Notes: generated by a model from the letters alone, not told the origin. Shown: positions 1 to 8,720, counted from the first letter of the stretch. The stretch is DNA of 32,000 nucleotides from Pirellula staleyi DSM 6068 (GCA_000025185.1 CP001848.1:3930001-3962000), one strand, 5' to 3'. A program made the numbers and translations.

Positions 1-1518
1 CACCGATGCTTCGGTCGTTGCATTGCCACCATAAGCCGCAAGCAATGCCTTTTTAGAGCCCTCTTCACGACCTGTCAGTGCCATGCCGATCGAAGGAGCC
101 ACAATATCATCGGTGGCATTAATGGCATCGAGTTCCATCATCTCCACCATTGGTGGAGCAGCAAAAGGATCATCGACCGGTTTGCTATCGAGCGCTAAGG
201 CCGGGTCGATAATCTCCATATTCAAAGATTCAGGAGATTGAAGCGTGTCGTCTAATACCTGTTCGCCAAGTTTCTCGGCGTACACAATTTCAATTTCAAC
301 CTGATTGGGTGGCGGCGTCACAATGTATAAGAGTGCCAGCACGACAATTGCCACCATATGCACCAGCATGCTCACCATCCAAGGTGGCGCTGATTTCACG
401 ACCTTTTGGGCGGGATCGTTTGCGCCTTCCTCGTCGGCGAGCTCTGTATCGACCTTCGGGGCGCTGGTGATCTCACCTGCTGGTGCCAGCAGCACCGGAC
501 GCGCGACCACCGGCTGAGGTCGCAGCGGCATGGTCATCATTGGCGACGGAAGTGGCTGCATGGCCGCTGGCGAGGCTGCGGCACTGGAAGCCGCTGCAGG
601 CGTGGCTGGCCTAGCTGGCAGGGTCGGCGGCACACTTGGCGCAGCTACCGCTGCTCCAGCTGGCGGCGAAACTGCTCCCGCCGATGGCACTGCTGATGTT
701 GTGACCGCCGATGTTGCAGCCCCCTCTTTGACAGGCTTGGGGCGTTTGGTCTTGGTCGGAGTGGGCTGAGCCGCTCCCGATTCGCCACTCACCGGTGTGG
801 GGCGCACGGGAGTCGGTCGGCTTGGTGTCGCCCCAGGGGCTGCTGGAGCCGGCGTCGCGCTGGCTGCGCCTCCCGGGGTAGCCGCTTTGGCCGTCACCGG
901 AATCGGCCGGAGCGGAGCCACGCTCTGAAACGCCGACAGCGGAATCGGAGCCGCACCGCCACCTCCATCAGCCGACACCTGCGGAATCGTCATCGGCGTC
1001 GACGGAAACGGCATCGCTGTTTGAGGTTGCGTCGGCTGCTGTGGATATGCTTGCTGCGGATACCCAGGCTGCGGAGCGTACTGACCTTGCGGGTAGTACG
1101 GCTGCTGCGGATAAGCGGGCTGCTGATACTGCGGCTGAGCGGGTGGGTATCCAGGCTGCGGGTAGCCCGCCGGTGGATATTGCTGCTGCGGATAGGCCTG
1201 CTGAGGATAGGCCTGCTGAGGATATCCCGCTGGTGGATACTGCTGTGGAAACCCTTGCGGCGCTTGTGGAAAGGGCTGTTGCTGGTAACCCTGAGGATAG
1301 CCCGGCGCGGCCCCTGGATAGCCATAGCCCGGAGGTGGACTGGCGACCGGAATGCCGGCGAACTGCGGAGCAGCAGGTGGTACCGCACCGGCTGGATAGC
1401 CAGGTGGTGGCGGATAGGGCGGGGCCGATGGCGGCGCAGGTGGGGAGGGGCCGAAGCCGCCTTGAGGCGTCCTCGCTGAATCTCCTCCGCGCGTAGAATC
1501 GGACTCACTCATGCCCAT
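1..1518 (-). CDS. Membrane-anchored protein, N-terminal part only (3' end runs off the left edge). It has a Pro/Gln/Tyr-rich N-terminal region, one TM helix, then an extracytoplasmic region.
   Basis: Absent from the ORF track because there is no stop in the window. Reading the reverse complement from the ATG at 1518 (second ATG at 1512, purine-rich GGGGGAA just upstream) stays open to position 1. Translation: [83 protein letters not shown] (TM)..[24 protein letters not shown]. About ten 60-nt blocks were hand-checked and showed no stop. Confidence 0.75.
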   Translation of the reverse strand, partial: MGMSESDSTRGGDSARTPQGGFGPSPPAPPSAPPYPPPPGYPAGAVPPAAPQFAGIPVASPPPGYGYPGAAPGYPQGYQQQPFPQAPQGFPQQYPPAGYPQQAYPQQAYPQQQYPPAGYPQPGYPPAQPQYQQPAYPQQPYYPQGQYAPQPGYPQQAYPQQPTQPQTAMPFPSTPMTIPQVSADGGGGAAPIPLSAFQSVAPLRPIPVTAKAATPGGAASATPAPAAPGATPSRPTPVRPTPVSGESGAAQPTPTKTKRPKPVKEGAATSAVTTSAVPSAGAVSPPAGAAVAAPSVPPTLPARPATPAAASSAAASPAAMQPLPSPMMTMPLRPQPVVARPVLLAPAGEITSAPKVDTELADEEGANDPAQKVVKSAPPWMVSMLVHMVAIVVLALLYIVTPPPNQVEIEIVYAEKLGEQVLDDTLQSPESLNMEIIDPALALDSKPVDDPFAAPPMVEMMELDAINATDDIVAPSIGMALTGREEGSKKALLAAYGGNATTEASV

Positions 1519-2361
1519 GTTCCCCCCATGCCCACTCAGCCTCAGCACCTACACGCCTCAGAAGCCACAGGCTCTGACAAATCCCAGCGGATTCGAGCTT
1601 TCTAGTGCCAGCAATAATCTAGGTGCTAGTAACTTTGCCGAGTCGTCCCTTCCCAGTGGTGGTCCCTAAAGCCAGGAAAATCCCTGCCCGTAAGCCCCCC
1701 AAATGGTGCTGGTAAAACGCCGGAAAGTCTGCCGTCCCAAACTCTTACGAGTCTATCCGTCGATCCGCTACGAAACAAGCAAAAGATTCCCCGAATCGTT
1801 AAGCGTACCTTGTAACTCAGCCCTGGGCGGAGATCTGTTCACCCCACCCAAGCACTTGCTAATCCGCCCAAATCATGCTTTTGTAAGTCACGACTGGCAA
1901 TCGAGTTACGGTATCCCTGAACAGGGGGCTCTGATGAGTAGCTGGACTCGGCTGGCAGGCCTTGCCAAGCGGCCCAGTACACGAGAAACGAACGGCGAGG
2001 CTGATTGTCTCCATGAAAATCCCTGCACCTAGCGAGGAAGTGGTTCGCAGCAGACGATTTACGCCCGAAGCATCTCTCCACTTACGATTTCCACTTCAGC
2101 CCCCTCGACGACACCGAAAGGCTTGATTATGATTACGAGTCTTCCAAGGAAATTCATCTCGCCTACATAGCCTGATGAGTCGTTCGAAAGTGCTTTTTAA
2201 TAGCACCTTCGAGCAATCCAGCTGACTTCAAAAAGCCTAGTTTTTTGAGATCAGCAGCGATCAGAAAAGCTTCGAGCCAAAGCTCAAGTTTTTCGCGGTG
2301 CCCTTTATGAAGGCTCCGAACCTTTTCGGTGATCGCACACTCCTAGAAGCACCCAACACAT

Positions 2362-2435
<74 letters not shown>

Positions 2436-2442
2436 CTCGAAA

Positions 2443-2475
2443 CCCCAGTAGTCACTTCGCCTGCTGGGGTTTTTT
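2443..2475 (+). terminator. Rho-independent terminator of the tRNA-Met transcript
   Basis: Stem CCCCAGTAG (2443-2451), 9-nt loop, stem CTGCTGGGG (2461-2469), followed by T6. Confidence 0.65.
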
Positions 2476-2574
2476 CGTGCGCCGGCCGCAGCATCCGGCG
2501 TTCCATAGTTACTTGAGCCATTCGCCGGTCCGTCTGTATCCATGCTCCCGGTTTTCCTTGGACGGCCCAAGTTC

Positions 2575-2605
2575 GCCCCGACAGTTTTTCGTCTTCAGTC
2601 GGGGC
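2575..2605. terminator. Hairpin between the convergent tRNA and the 2640-3137 gene (possible terminator, no U-tract)
   Basis: GCCCCGAC (2575-2582) pairs with GTCGGGGC (2598-2605) around a 15-nt loop. There is no T-run on either strand. Confidence 0.25.
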
Positions 2606-2639
2606 CGCTGCTATTGGAAATTCGTGGGTGGAGCGGGAT

Positions 2640-3137
2640 TCATTGTTTATCCTTCAGTCCCTGGATTACCTTGTCTTCGGGAAAAATCTTCTGCATCAGC
2701 TTCACCAACTGTGGGCGCACATCGTCAAAGTCTTCGCTGCCGACGGGCTTGCCATCTACATACACCTGTAGAATATCGCATTCGAAGCAGAAGCATACAT
2801 TCGTCGACTTGTCACCCTGGATGAATTCCAGCCGCACACCGAAGATAGGGTCGCAGGCCTTGCCCACGTCCCATAGGTAGCTTTTCTCGTCCAGCAGCAA
2901 TTGGCCCACGCTCTTTGCCAGCGCGTCGTCGACGGCGACCGGTCCGGCAATTACTTTGTATTCCTTGGCAGTTGGCTTGTAAAAAGAGTGGTCCGCCAGG
3001 CGATAGGCCTGCACTTTCGTGGGTTTGGCGACGACGGATTGCGCTTCTTTGTCGCCGAACAGGGAATCTAAGCTCTCGGCCGCCTGACAGTGGGCCGCCG
3101 ATAGTAGGATCACAAGAAGGATTAGAGCTGCTTTCAT
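2640..3137 (-). CDS. Secreted hypothetical protein (165 aa)
   Basis: ORF track entry. The N-terminus MKAALILLVILLSAAHCQAAE is a classic signal peptide with an A-x-A type cleavage context. The remainder has a coherent globular composition with 4 Cys. Confidence 0.7.
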   Translation of the reverse strand: MKAALILLVILLSAAHCQAAESLDSLFGDKEAQSVVAKPTKVQAYRLADHSFYKPTAKEYKVIAGPVAVDDALAKSVGQLLLDEKSYLWDVGKACDPIFGVRLEFIQGDKSTNVCFCFECDILQVYVDGKPVGSEDFDDVRPQLVKLMQKIFPEDKVIQGLKDKQ

Positions 3138-3516
3138 AGCGCCTACTTTCGGTAAAACCGGTCACCTTGGATTTCAAATCGCGATTGAGCCAAGCTGAGC
3201 CTGAGCCTGAGCCCGTCCAACCGTAACATGGCGCCAGCCCCAGCGTCTAGCTTCTGTCGAATTGTCCGAAATTTTCTTGCTTTTGCCGCAGCTGGAGGCA
3301 CGTCGGGGCAACGTCGAATAGACGGCCTAAACACTGCAGGCCGTCGACGAACTGAAGAGTTGCTTGACTGAACCAAAATCGCCCAACCAAGTTTGCGGCG
3401 CTGTGCAGATTTGATCGTTTAGAAAAGCGAATCGCGTTTGTTTGCTGCCACAGGGGCAGGGTAATGTCTCGATGATCATTTCCCGGATTTGCGAGATTGT
3501 TCGAAAGAAGTGCGAA

Positions 3517-3568
3517 CCGCTCAACTCAGAACCCCAGTAGTCACCTCGGCTACTGGTTTTTTATGCGC
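3517..3568 (+). repeat. Second, orphan copy of the tRNA-Met 3' flank, including a functional-looking terminator (stem 3534-3540 / 3550-3556, T6 at 3557-3562)
   Basis: ACCGCTCAACTCAGAACCCCAGTAGTCACCTCGGCTACTGGTTTTTTATGCGC aligns with 2429-2480 CCCGCAACTCGAAACCCCAGTAGTCACTTCGCCTGCTGGGGTTTTTTCGTGC. No intact tRNA or plus-strand ORF lies upstream of it. Confidence 0.6.
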
Positions 3569-3984
3569 TGCTGTCATCCTGGGCCTTCTCTTGGTCTGCA
3601 GCAGGCACCGCGAAGCAGTGAGAAATTAATTCTCCTTGTAAACCTGCTCCCAAATATCCATCGATTCCTTGCATCAAGATTATGATGGTAGTTCTCAGGC
3701 TTAACGCCTCGCTTGATGAGTTCTTGGGAAGTAAACGCAAGTATGCAGAAAGTACAAAAATGGTTTGATCAAAGAGATTTGTCAGCAGGTTCGATCGCAT
3801 CTAGCATCAAATCGACGACAGAGGGTAGCGTTCTGGAGATTGTAGTGAAAGTTGTAGTGTCAGTGCCATTATAACATTATAAGATTCGAATGATATGCAG
3901 AGTTGAACAGTATAATAATAAGGCATAAGATGTAACGCCTCACTGCTCGTTGAATCTACATTCAATCAGTCGAATCTGGCTGTT

Positions 3985-5015
3985 CTATATCCGATCGAGT
4001 GGCTTTGCACACTTGTAGCTCCAACTGCATTGAAGTGCGTATGAATCATCGTCGTACTCACATCGGCATATCTGAAAAGTTCTTGTATTCTCCAGATGCC
4101 TTTTTTGGTCTTCTAGCGAGTGTGTCGCAAAACTGTGTCTTAAAGAATGGCATGTCGCTCGCTTTGTCAGCCCAGCCTTCCGTACTGCTGTTGCCACCAC
4201 CTTTTGCACACTCATATCGTGCACATGATGTCGCCGCAGCTGCTCTGCTCCCTCGTTGTCATTCGCTCCAAGCCGGAGCCCTTCAGCAGCCTCTCTCGGC
4301 CGTGGATCGCGACTTAACTGCTTGGCTGGAAACAGGTACTGCCATGTCAAAGTACGGCCAGCCTCGGGGTATTTGCGTGCGAGTGCTTAGGGTAACCAGG
4401 CCCAGCCAGCACCTGCCTCCAGATCGAGCTCGTGTCGCCTCTCTACTGTTTCCAGCTGTCGAAGCAACCCTTCCACCAATCGCCCTGGCAGAGGTACCGC
4501 CCGATCCTTCTCCCCTTTGCCATCCCGCATCATCAGCTGCAGACGATCGAAATCAACATCTTGCACCCGCAGCCGACACGCCTCCATCAAACGCAATCCG
4601 GCTCCGTAAATCAGTCTCGCCATCAAGCGAAAGGGCTGCAGCGGAATCTCCGGCAGCACCCGCCGCACTTCTTCGACGGTCAGCATCACCGGCAGCTTTG
4701 TGGGGCGTTTGGCGCGTGTCTCATTGATCTCCAGCTTCTGCACAAGTACTTGGGTCTACAGAAAGAGAATCGCCGAGAGTGCTTGGTTTTCGTACTGGCT
4801 GCCACGTTCCGCTCAATTGCCAGGTACGAAAGAAAAGCATTCACCTCCTTGCTTTCCAGCTCTTCAGGGTGTCGCCACCAGCCCGCCAGCGCTTGATGAA
4901 ATCGGAGGAAGTCGACAATCCAGCTGTGGTAAGCCTCCTCAGTCCGAATTGACATAGGTCGCGCCCGGATTTCTCGCCGCACTAAGTCAAGCAGTTATAA
5001 TATTATTATTTGCAT
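3985..5015 (-). pseudogene. intI: Integron integrase (IntI-type tyrosine recombinase), inactivated
   Basis: Fragments at 4686-4982, 4387-4743 and 3985-4350 read LLDLVRREIRARPMSIRTEEAYHSWIVDFLRFH..EVNAFLSYLAIERNVAAST / NQALSAILFL*TQVLVQKLEINETRAKRPTKLPVMLTVEEV..LIYGAGLRLMEACRLRVQDVDFD..MMRDGKGEKDRAVPLP.. / WLP*ALARKYPEAGRTLTWQYLFPAKQ..RRHHVHDMSVQKVV..HSLRHSFATH. The ALxRKYPxA..W.WQY.FP segment is the IntI-specific insertion. Lesions are listed in the findings. Confidence 0.85.
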
Positions 5016-5119
5016 AGCAGCCAGTCGCCAGGCAAATTCGAAAAATCAGCCATCGGCTCAAATAGAAATAACCCGCGATCTAGATATTAGCGTTCCTCCC
5101 CACTTTGAGCAAAGTTTTC

Positions 5120-5148
5120 TTGACACCACCCCCTGAGGTATGCAGAAT
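5120..5148 (+). promoter_or_regulatory. Candidate cassette-directed promoter (Pc-like)
   Basis: TTGACA (5120-5125), a 17-nt spacer, then CAGAAT (5143-5148), oriented toward the cassettes in the intI/attI interval. This is a sigma70-style match only; promoter rules for this lineage are uncertain. Confidence 0.2.
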
Positions 5149-5187
5149 AATCCCGAAGTGGAATATGCAGATTTCTTTATAATAATT

Positions 5188-5194
5188 GTTCGGC
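5188..5194 (+). promoter_or_regulatory. Candidate attI recombination core
   Basis: GTTCGGC has the same core as the attC right ends (GTTCGC/GTTCGG). It lies 22 nt upstream of the first cassette ATG (5216), matching the 11-32 nt spacing seen at the other cassettes. Confidence 0.3.
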
Positions 5195-5215
5195 TCCTGA
5201 TGAATTTATGCCTCA

Positions 5216-5690
5216 ATGGCAGCACAGCGAATGAACGAAGAAGTGCGACAGGTTTCAATTTCGACTTCAGAAACGGAGGCCGCAGGGGTGTTGTTGGCTC
5301 TTGGTGCGATGTGCCTAGCGGTCGGTGTCGCATCTGTGACGAGGCAATTCGCGATACTGGACAAGCCGCTTCCCTGGCTGTTTGCGGGTGGGGCATTTGC
5401 GCTGATTGCATCAGGAATATGGTGGTGGCGTCTGAAAGTGGAGATTTCGCAGCGTGGCGTAGTCTTTCTCCCGCAGGCTCTTCATGGAAGAATTCAACTT
5501 CTTATGGTCGGACGTTCAAGGGTGGTGCTGGCGCTCGAATTCGTTCACGGATTCTGACGGCGGCGTGCAGGTCGACAGAGAACTCATTCTCGTGTTTACG
5601 AATGGACATGAGATAGCGATGCCTTATCCTTACTGCTGTAAAGAGCTGGTGGATTCTCTTTCGTGCAGAATTGGTCCAGAGTCGCGGTGA
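5216..5690 (+). pseudogene. Cassette 1: frameshifted membrane protein, paralog of the 6441-6950 product
   Basis: ORF 5216-5557 (2 TM, ..WWWRLKVEISQRGVVFLPQALHG) and ORF 5484-5690 (EEFNFLWSDVQGWCWRS..DGGVQVDRELILVFTNGHEI) lie in different frames. Joined together they align with 6441-6950 (..YWLFRRRLLLTEEGVRHYPFLAYHTNDFFWKDVLSWGSRV..DDGGHEY..QLINGRII). The frame switch falls between about 5463 and 5500. Confidence 0.55.
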
Positions 5691-5698
5691 AAGAATCC

Positions 5699-5787
5699 GC
5701 CGAACAAAGCGTTGGACACGGAGCCGCGGATCGGGCGGCTTTGAAATGGAAACTTTACTTCCCGCGGCCCGGTCAACGCGGTCGTCC
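5699..5787 (+). repeat. attC-like site (type A centre), right core GTCGTC
   Basis: Left arm CCGAACAAAGCGTTGGACACGGAGCCGCGG, right arm CCCGCGGCCCGGTCAACGCGGTCGTCC. The arms are complementary with bulges. The centre is GGCGGCTTTGAAATGGAAACTTTACTT. Confidence 0.55.
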
Positions 5788-5801
5788 CCTGAGTTGCGAC
5801 G

Positions 5802-6326
5802 ATGGGCTGTGACATCCATGTCAATGTCGAATATCGCCATCCTGTCCTTGGCTACCAACCGGTTGTCGCAGGCGGATACTTCGTTGAGCCAAGGTACGAA
5901 CTCTTTTCTGCTCTTGCAGGTGTTCGCATGGAACCGGAGGAGTCTTGTTTGATTCCAGCACGCGGATTTCCATGTGATGCTTGTTTTCCAATCTTCGCGA
6001 TCGCACACCAGTTGGTGGTTGCCGATGCGAATTCGCAACTTGCTAGGCTGGTGACTGATTGGGTCCTTGCCTCTGAGGTTCCTCCGGGCTCTGACGTTTT
6101 TGAGGCGGAAAAAGAATTGGTTGGCATGGCTCGATGGATTCGCCATCCAGACTATCATCATCCTTCGTATCTGTCACACTTGGAAACAATGGAATGTCTT
6201 CGACATTTCGGTTTCGATAGCAATTCTACCCCACCAGTGTTTCTGGTGCTTACTGATTTGTTGGCATCGATAGATTTCAGGTTTGGATATCCTAGTGCCA
6301 GACTTGTGTTCTGGTTTGACAACTAA
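5802..6326 (+). CDS. Cassette 2: hypothetical protein (174 aa), N-terminus MGCDIHVNVEY
   Basis: ORF track entry. It starts 15 nt after the attC right core and is the only plus-strand ORF filling the cassette. I assign no family. Confidence 0.6.
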   Translation: MGCDIHVNVEYRHPVLGYQPVVAGGYFVEPRYELFSALAGVRMEPEESCLIPARGFPCDACFPIFAIAHQLVVADANSQLARLVTDWVLASEVPPGSDVFEAEKELVGMARWIRHPDYHHPSYLSHLETMECLRHFGFDSNSTPPVFLVLTDLLASIDFRFGYPSARLVFWFDN

Positions 6327-6339
6327 AACAAAAATAAGA

Positions 6340-6428
6340 TGAACAAATCTATGCGCCCCGAGCATGCGATCGGCTGTTGTTTTGCTGGACGATTTCCTTA
6401 TGCGGCCGGATGATGGATACCATTCGTC
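6340..6428 (+). repeat. attC-like site, degenerate (right core ATTCGTC)
   Basis: TGAACAAATCTATGCGCCCCGAGC...TGCGGCCGGATGATGGATACCATTCGTC parallels the type B consensus GCGAACAACCGCATGCACCGG...GGCGGCCGGTGATGCAGAACGTTCGC. Confidence 0.45.
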
Positions 6429-6440
6429 AGATTTAAACTC

Positions 6441-6950
6441 ATGAAGATGATTGACGACATCGAAGCAAAAAGGACTGCGGTGGCTTTACTGCTTGCCGCC
6501 GCTGTTTCCGCGATTGTTTCCAATGCGAATTTTGGGCGGTCTTTATCTGCGGCGCTGAGCATTTGTTTTATGGATCGTTCCCTTAAAGATCGTCAGTTGA
6601 TTCCTGCAGATGCGGAACCGTTTTTTGCCCTCTGCGCATTTATTCTGTTGGTTTGTGCCAGTTGCTACTGGCTGTTTCGCCGTCGCCTCTTGCTAACGGA
6701 AGAAGGGGTGCGTCATTATCCGTTTCTCGCCTACCACACGAACGACTTTTTCTGGAAAGATGTCTTGTCGTGGGGTTCAAGGGTCACTTTGTTACAAGAT
6801 GACGGCGGTCACGAATATCCAAGTACACAATTCTATGTTCAACTCATAAACGGCAGAATCATTGAAGAGCCCGGATTCTCTGAAATCGATTTGGCCGCTG
6901 CACTTGAGAACCAAGTCGGCCAGCGACTCGATATTCACCCCGACAAATAG
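6441..6950 (+). CDS. Cassette 3: membrane protein (169 aa), 2 TM plus a small C-terminal domain
   Basis: ORF track entry with hydrophobic segments AVALLLAAAVSAIV and FFALCAFILLVCASCYWLF. It is the intact paralog of cassette 1. Confidence 0.7.
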   Translation: MKMIDDIEAKRTAVALLLAAAVSAIVSNANFGRSLSAALSICFMDRSLKDRQLIPADAEPFFALCAFILLVCASCYWLFRRRLLLTEEGVRHYPFLAYHTNDFFWKDVLSWGSRVTLLQDDGGHEYPSTQFYVQLINGRIIEEPGFSEIDLAAALENQVGQRLDIHPDK

Positions 6951-6966
6951 GTTCTCAGCAGAGTAT

Positions 6967-7058
6967 GGACGTACAAGCCGATGCTCGAGATCTGTGATGT
7001 CAGGCGGATTTGAAATAGACAATCTCTTGTCGCCGCCCTGTGAACGGTGACGTTCGCT
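6967..7058 (+). repeat. attC-like site (type A centre), right core GTTCGCT
   Basis: GGACGTACAAGCC...CAGGCGGATTTGAAATAGACAATCTCTTGTCGCCGCCCTGTGAACGGTGACGTTCGCT. GGCGG pairs with CCGCC, and GGACGT.CA pairs with TGACGTTC. Confidence 0.55.
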
Positions 7059-7080
7059 TGCCTCTGTCGAACTGGTTTTA

Positions 7081-7485
7081 ATGAGTAACGCGATTTTTGC
7101 CCCTGGCTTCCGGCTATCCATCATTGATGTATTGGTACTTGTTGTTGGCACTGCGGCGATCATTTTCCTTTCGATGTACATTTGGTGGTGGGGCTTCGTT
7201 CCTGCTTTTGTGCTCGCTCATTTCTTTCTGTTCTGCAATGTTGTGCGGATGGCGAGACCCCTCGAATTGATTTGGGCTGTTGTGTTTGTCGGTCTTGCAG
7301 GGGCAACGATTGCAACTGATTCGCCTGGTTGGTTGGTCACTGCAGTCGCGTCGTTGCTTGTGACCGTGGTCGTCGTTATCGTGGAGATGCGGAAGCCTTC
7401 GTATCACGGCGTTGGCTGGCAGTGGATTAATCCCGGTCTAACAGCGTGGTGGCAAGCAAATGTCGCCAAGAGGGACGACGGGTAA
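7081..7485 (+). CDS. Cassette 4: small integral membrane protein (134 aa, about 4 TM)
   Basis: ORF track entry. It has four hydrophobic stretches and starts 23 nt after the GTTCGCT core. Confidence 0.7.
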   Translation: MSNAIFAPGFRLSIIDVLVLVVGTAAIIFLSMYIWWWGFVPAFVLAHFFLFCNVVRMARPLELIWAVVFVGLAGATIATDSPGWLVTAVASLLVTVVVVIVEMRKPSYHGVGWQWINPGLTAWWQANVAKRDDG

Positions 7486-7505
7486 AGCCCTGTTGCAGTT
7501 CCTCG

Positions 7506-7593
7506 GCGAACAACCGCATGCACTGGGCCGCCGTTCGGCGTTGGTTTCACAATGGGTCATCGCCAGCGGCGGCCGGTGCTGCATGACGTTCGC
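7506..7593 (+). repeat. attC site, type B (88 nt)
   Basis: GCGAACAACCGCATGCACTGGGCCGCCG..loop..CGGCGGCCGGTGCTGCATGACGTTCGC. The outer pair is GCGAAC/GTTCGC. The inner stems carry unpaired bases, as expected of attC. Confidence 0.85.
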
Positions 7594-7610
7594 GTGCGGA
7601 ATCATTATTT

Positions 7611-8021
7611 ATGCCATGGAATTGCTTGCAATGCGACGAAGTCGCTGATGATATTTACGATGCTTGCTGGGCGTGCTGAGCATCACGCACAGGCACTGCG
7701 AGCCTCGATTTCCAGCATGCCGACCACTACGAGCCGACGATCTCGCCCGAAAAAACTCAATACCTACTCTGGGATCTCATGCGTTTGGTAACTGCGATGT
7801 GCTTGATTTTTGCATTCATCCGTTCGCCAAATGTGGTGACAATGATTGTAGGATTAGGTGCGATTGCGTGGCTGTTTCTCCACCTGCTCAGTTGGATCTC
7901 AACAATGCAGGTTTTCCACTGGCAACTCCAGTTCCGTGCGAGTCGAAATCGCCAACAAAGATCGCTAGAGGAAGGCGTTTCGGGTGGCGTCGAAGCGACT
8001 GAGGCGAGTTCATCCGCGTAA
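7611..8021 (+). pseudogene. Cassette 5: zinc-ribbon plus 2-TM protein interrupted by an in-frame TGA (7677-7679)
   Basis: 7611-7679 encodes MPWNCLQCDEVADDIYDACWAC*. The same frame stays open through ASRTGTASLDFQHADHYEPTISPEKTQYLLWDL into track ORF 7779-8021 (2 TM). The W-x-C-x2-C-x10-C-W-x-C spacing is that of a small zinc ribbon. Confidence 0.5.
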
Positions 8022-8121
8022 CTTGCCTTACCAAACTACCCCATCCAAGATTTGTTGCCGTGTCAACTACGCTCTGATATCTTAGTTCTCGTCGTAATCT
8101 GCATTCTTACTGCTTCGACCC

Positions 8122-8209
8122 GCGAACAAACGCATGCACCGGACCGCCGTTCGGGGTTGGTTTCACAATGGTTCATCACAAGTGGCGGCCGGTGATGTAG
8201 AACGTTCGG
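8122..8209 (+). repeat. attC site, type B (88 nt)
   Basis: GCGAACAAACGCATGCACCGGACCGCCGTTCGGGGTTGGTTTCACAATGGTTCATCACAAGTGGCGGCCGGTGATGTAGAACGTTCGG. Confidence 0.85.
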
Positions 8210-8231
8210 ACTTTGAATCCAAGAATATCGT

Positions 8232-8720
8232 ATGAACCATGATGCTTCGATCCTCGCACTAATTCAGAAGTACCAAGCGCATGTCGCTGACGCGGTTTCG
8301 CTATTCCGTCAAATGGGTATCAAAGGCAACATACTTCGTGCTTGGCGACGCTCTGCGATTCCGACATGGGCTGATGAAGGCGATAATTCGGACCCCATAA
8401 TTCCGCAACGAGGTCTGCTTAGTGACGCCCGATCGATTCGGTACTCTTTTCACGGGATAGGCTGTTCTGTCGAGTATGGCTCAGTTGTGGTCGATTTCGA
8501 TTTCGGACCAAATGGTCGTTTCGACGGCTTTGACGCATGGTGTCTTCATCTGTTTGCCGAGTCATTTCCGGAGTTCTCTGCTTTTGCGGATATCGACCTC
8601 GTCCGGACGTGCTTGTCGGATCTTGCTGAATCGGGAACAATCGCGAAAATCGAGGGCGTTGTGGGATCACACTTATACTACTTCATTGACGGGATGAGCG
8701 CTGACATAAGTCGTACGTGA
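8232..8720 (+). CDS. Cassette 6: hypothetical cytoplasmic protein (162 aa)
   Basis: ORF track entry. The ATG is 28 nt after the attC core. The motif YSFHGIGCSVEYGSVVVDFDFGPNGRFDGFDAW looks like a conserved small-domain family, possibly immunity-protein-like. I cannot name the family with confidence. Confidence 0.7.
   Translation: MNHDASILALIQKYQAHVADAVSLFRQMGIKGNILRAWRRSAIPTWADEGDNSDPIIPQRGLLSDARSIRYSFHGIGCSVEYGSVVVDFDFGPNGRFDGFDAWCLHLFAESFPEFSAFADIDLVRTCLSDLAESGTIAKIEGVVGSHLYYFIDGMSADISRT

Noticed and set aside
305-1508. Track ORFs 305-517, 406-696, 530-769, 990-1508(-), 1021-1479 and 1041-1496.
   Set aside because: They are other frames of the repeat-rich high-GC region. Only the minus frame starting at 1518 gives a continuous protein with a TM helix and stays open to the window edge.
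2086-2345. Minus-strand reading ECAITEKVRSLHKGHREKLELWLEAFLIAADLKKLGFLKSAGLLEGAIKKHFRTTHQAM*, followed by a 32-codon ORF. This could be a toxin-antitoxin or HEPN-like remnant next to the tRNA.
   Set aside because: The first reading is preceded by an in-frame TAG and has no usable start codon. Both pieces are below any credible size and I recognise no family. At most it is a gene relic.
1519-2361. Scanned the 840-bp spacer by eye for tmRNA, RNase P, SRP or 6S-like signatures (for example GGAAAGTC near 1730).
   Set aside because: Only a short chance match was seen, with no flanking conserved helices or tRNA-like end. I cannot support an ncRNA call without a covariance-model search.
3561-3800. 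79-aa minus-strand ORF in the AT-rich tract.
   Set aside because: It overlaps the orphan terminator, has odd composition and sits in a low-GC spacer. There is no supporting signal.
3999-4896. Plus-strand ORFs 3999-4727 (242 aa) and 4432-4896.
   Set aside because: They are antisense to the intI pseudogene and show no recognisable motifs. The minus-strand reading matches integrase boxes across all three fragments.
5502-6161. 219-aa minus-strand ORF spanning cassettes 1 and 2.
   Set aside because: It crosses the attC-like site at 5699-5787 and lies antisense to two plus-strand ORFs that fit the cassette boundaries. Its composition is Arg-rich and unnatural.
7677-7679. TGA reassigned to Gly (genetic code 25) as an explanation for the in-frame stop.
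   Set aside because: Many other genes in the window terminate cleanly at TGA (for example 11693, 19334 and 7679 itself within a decaying array), and the lineage signal is planctomycete. A simple nonsense mutation is more parsimonious.
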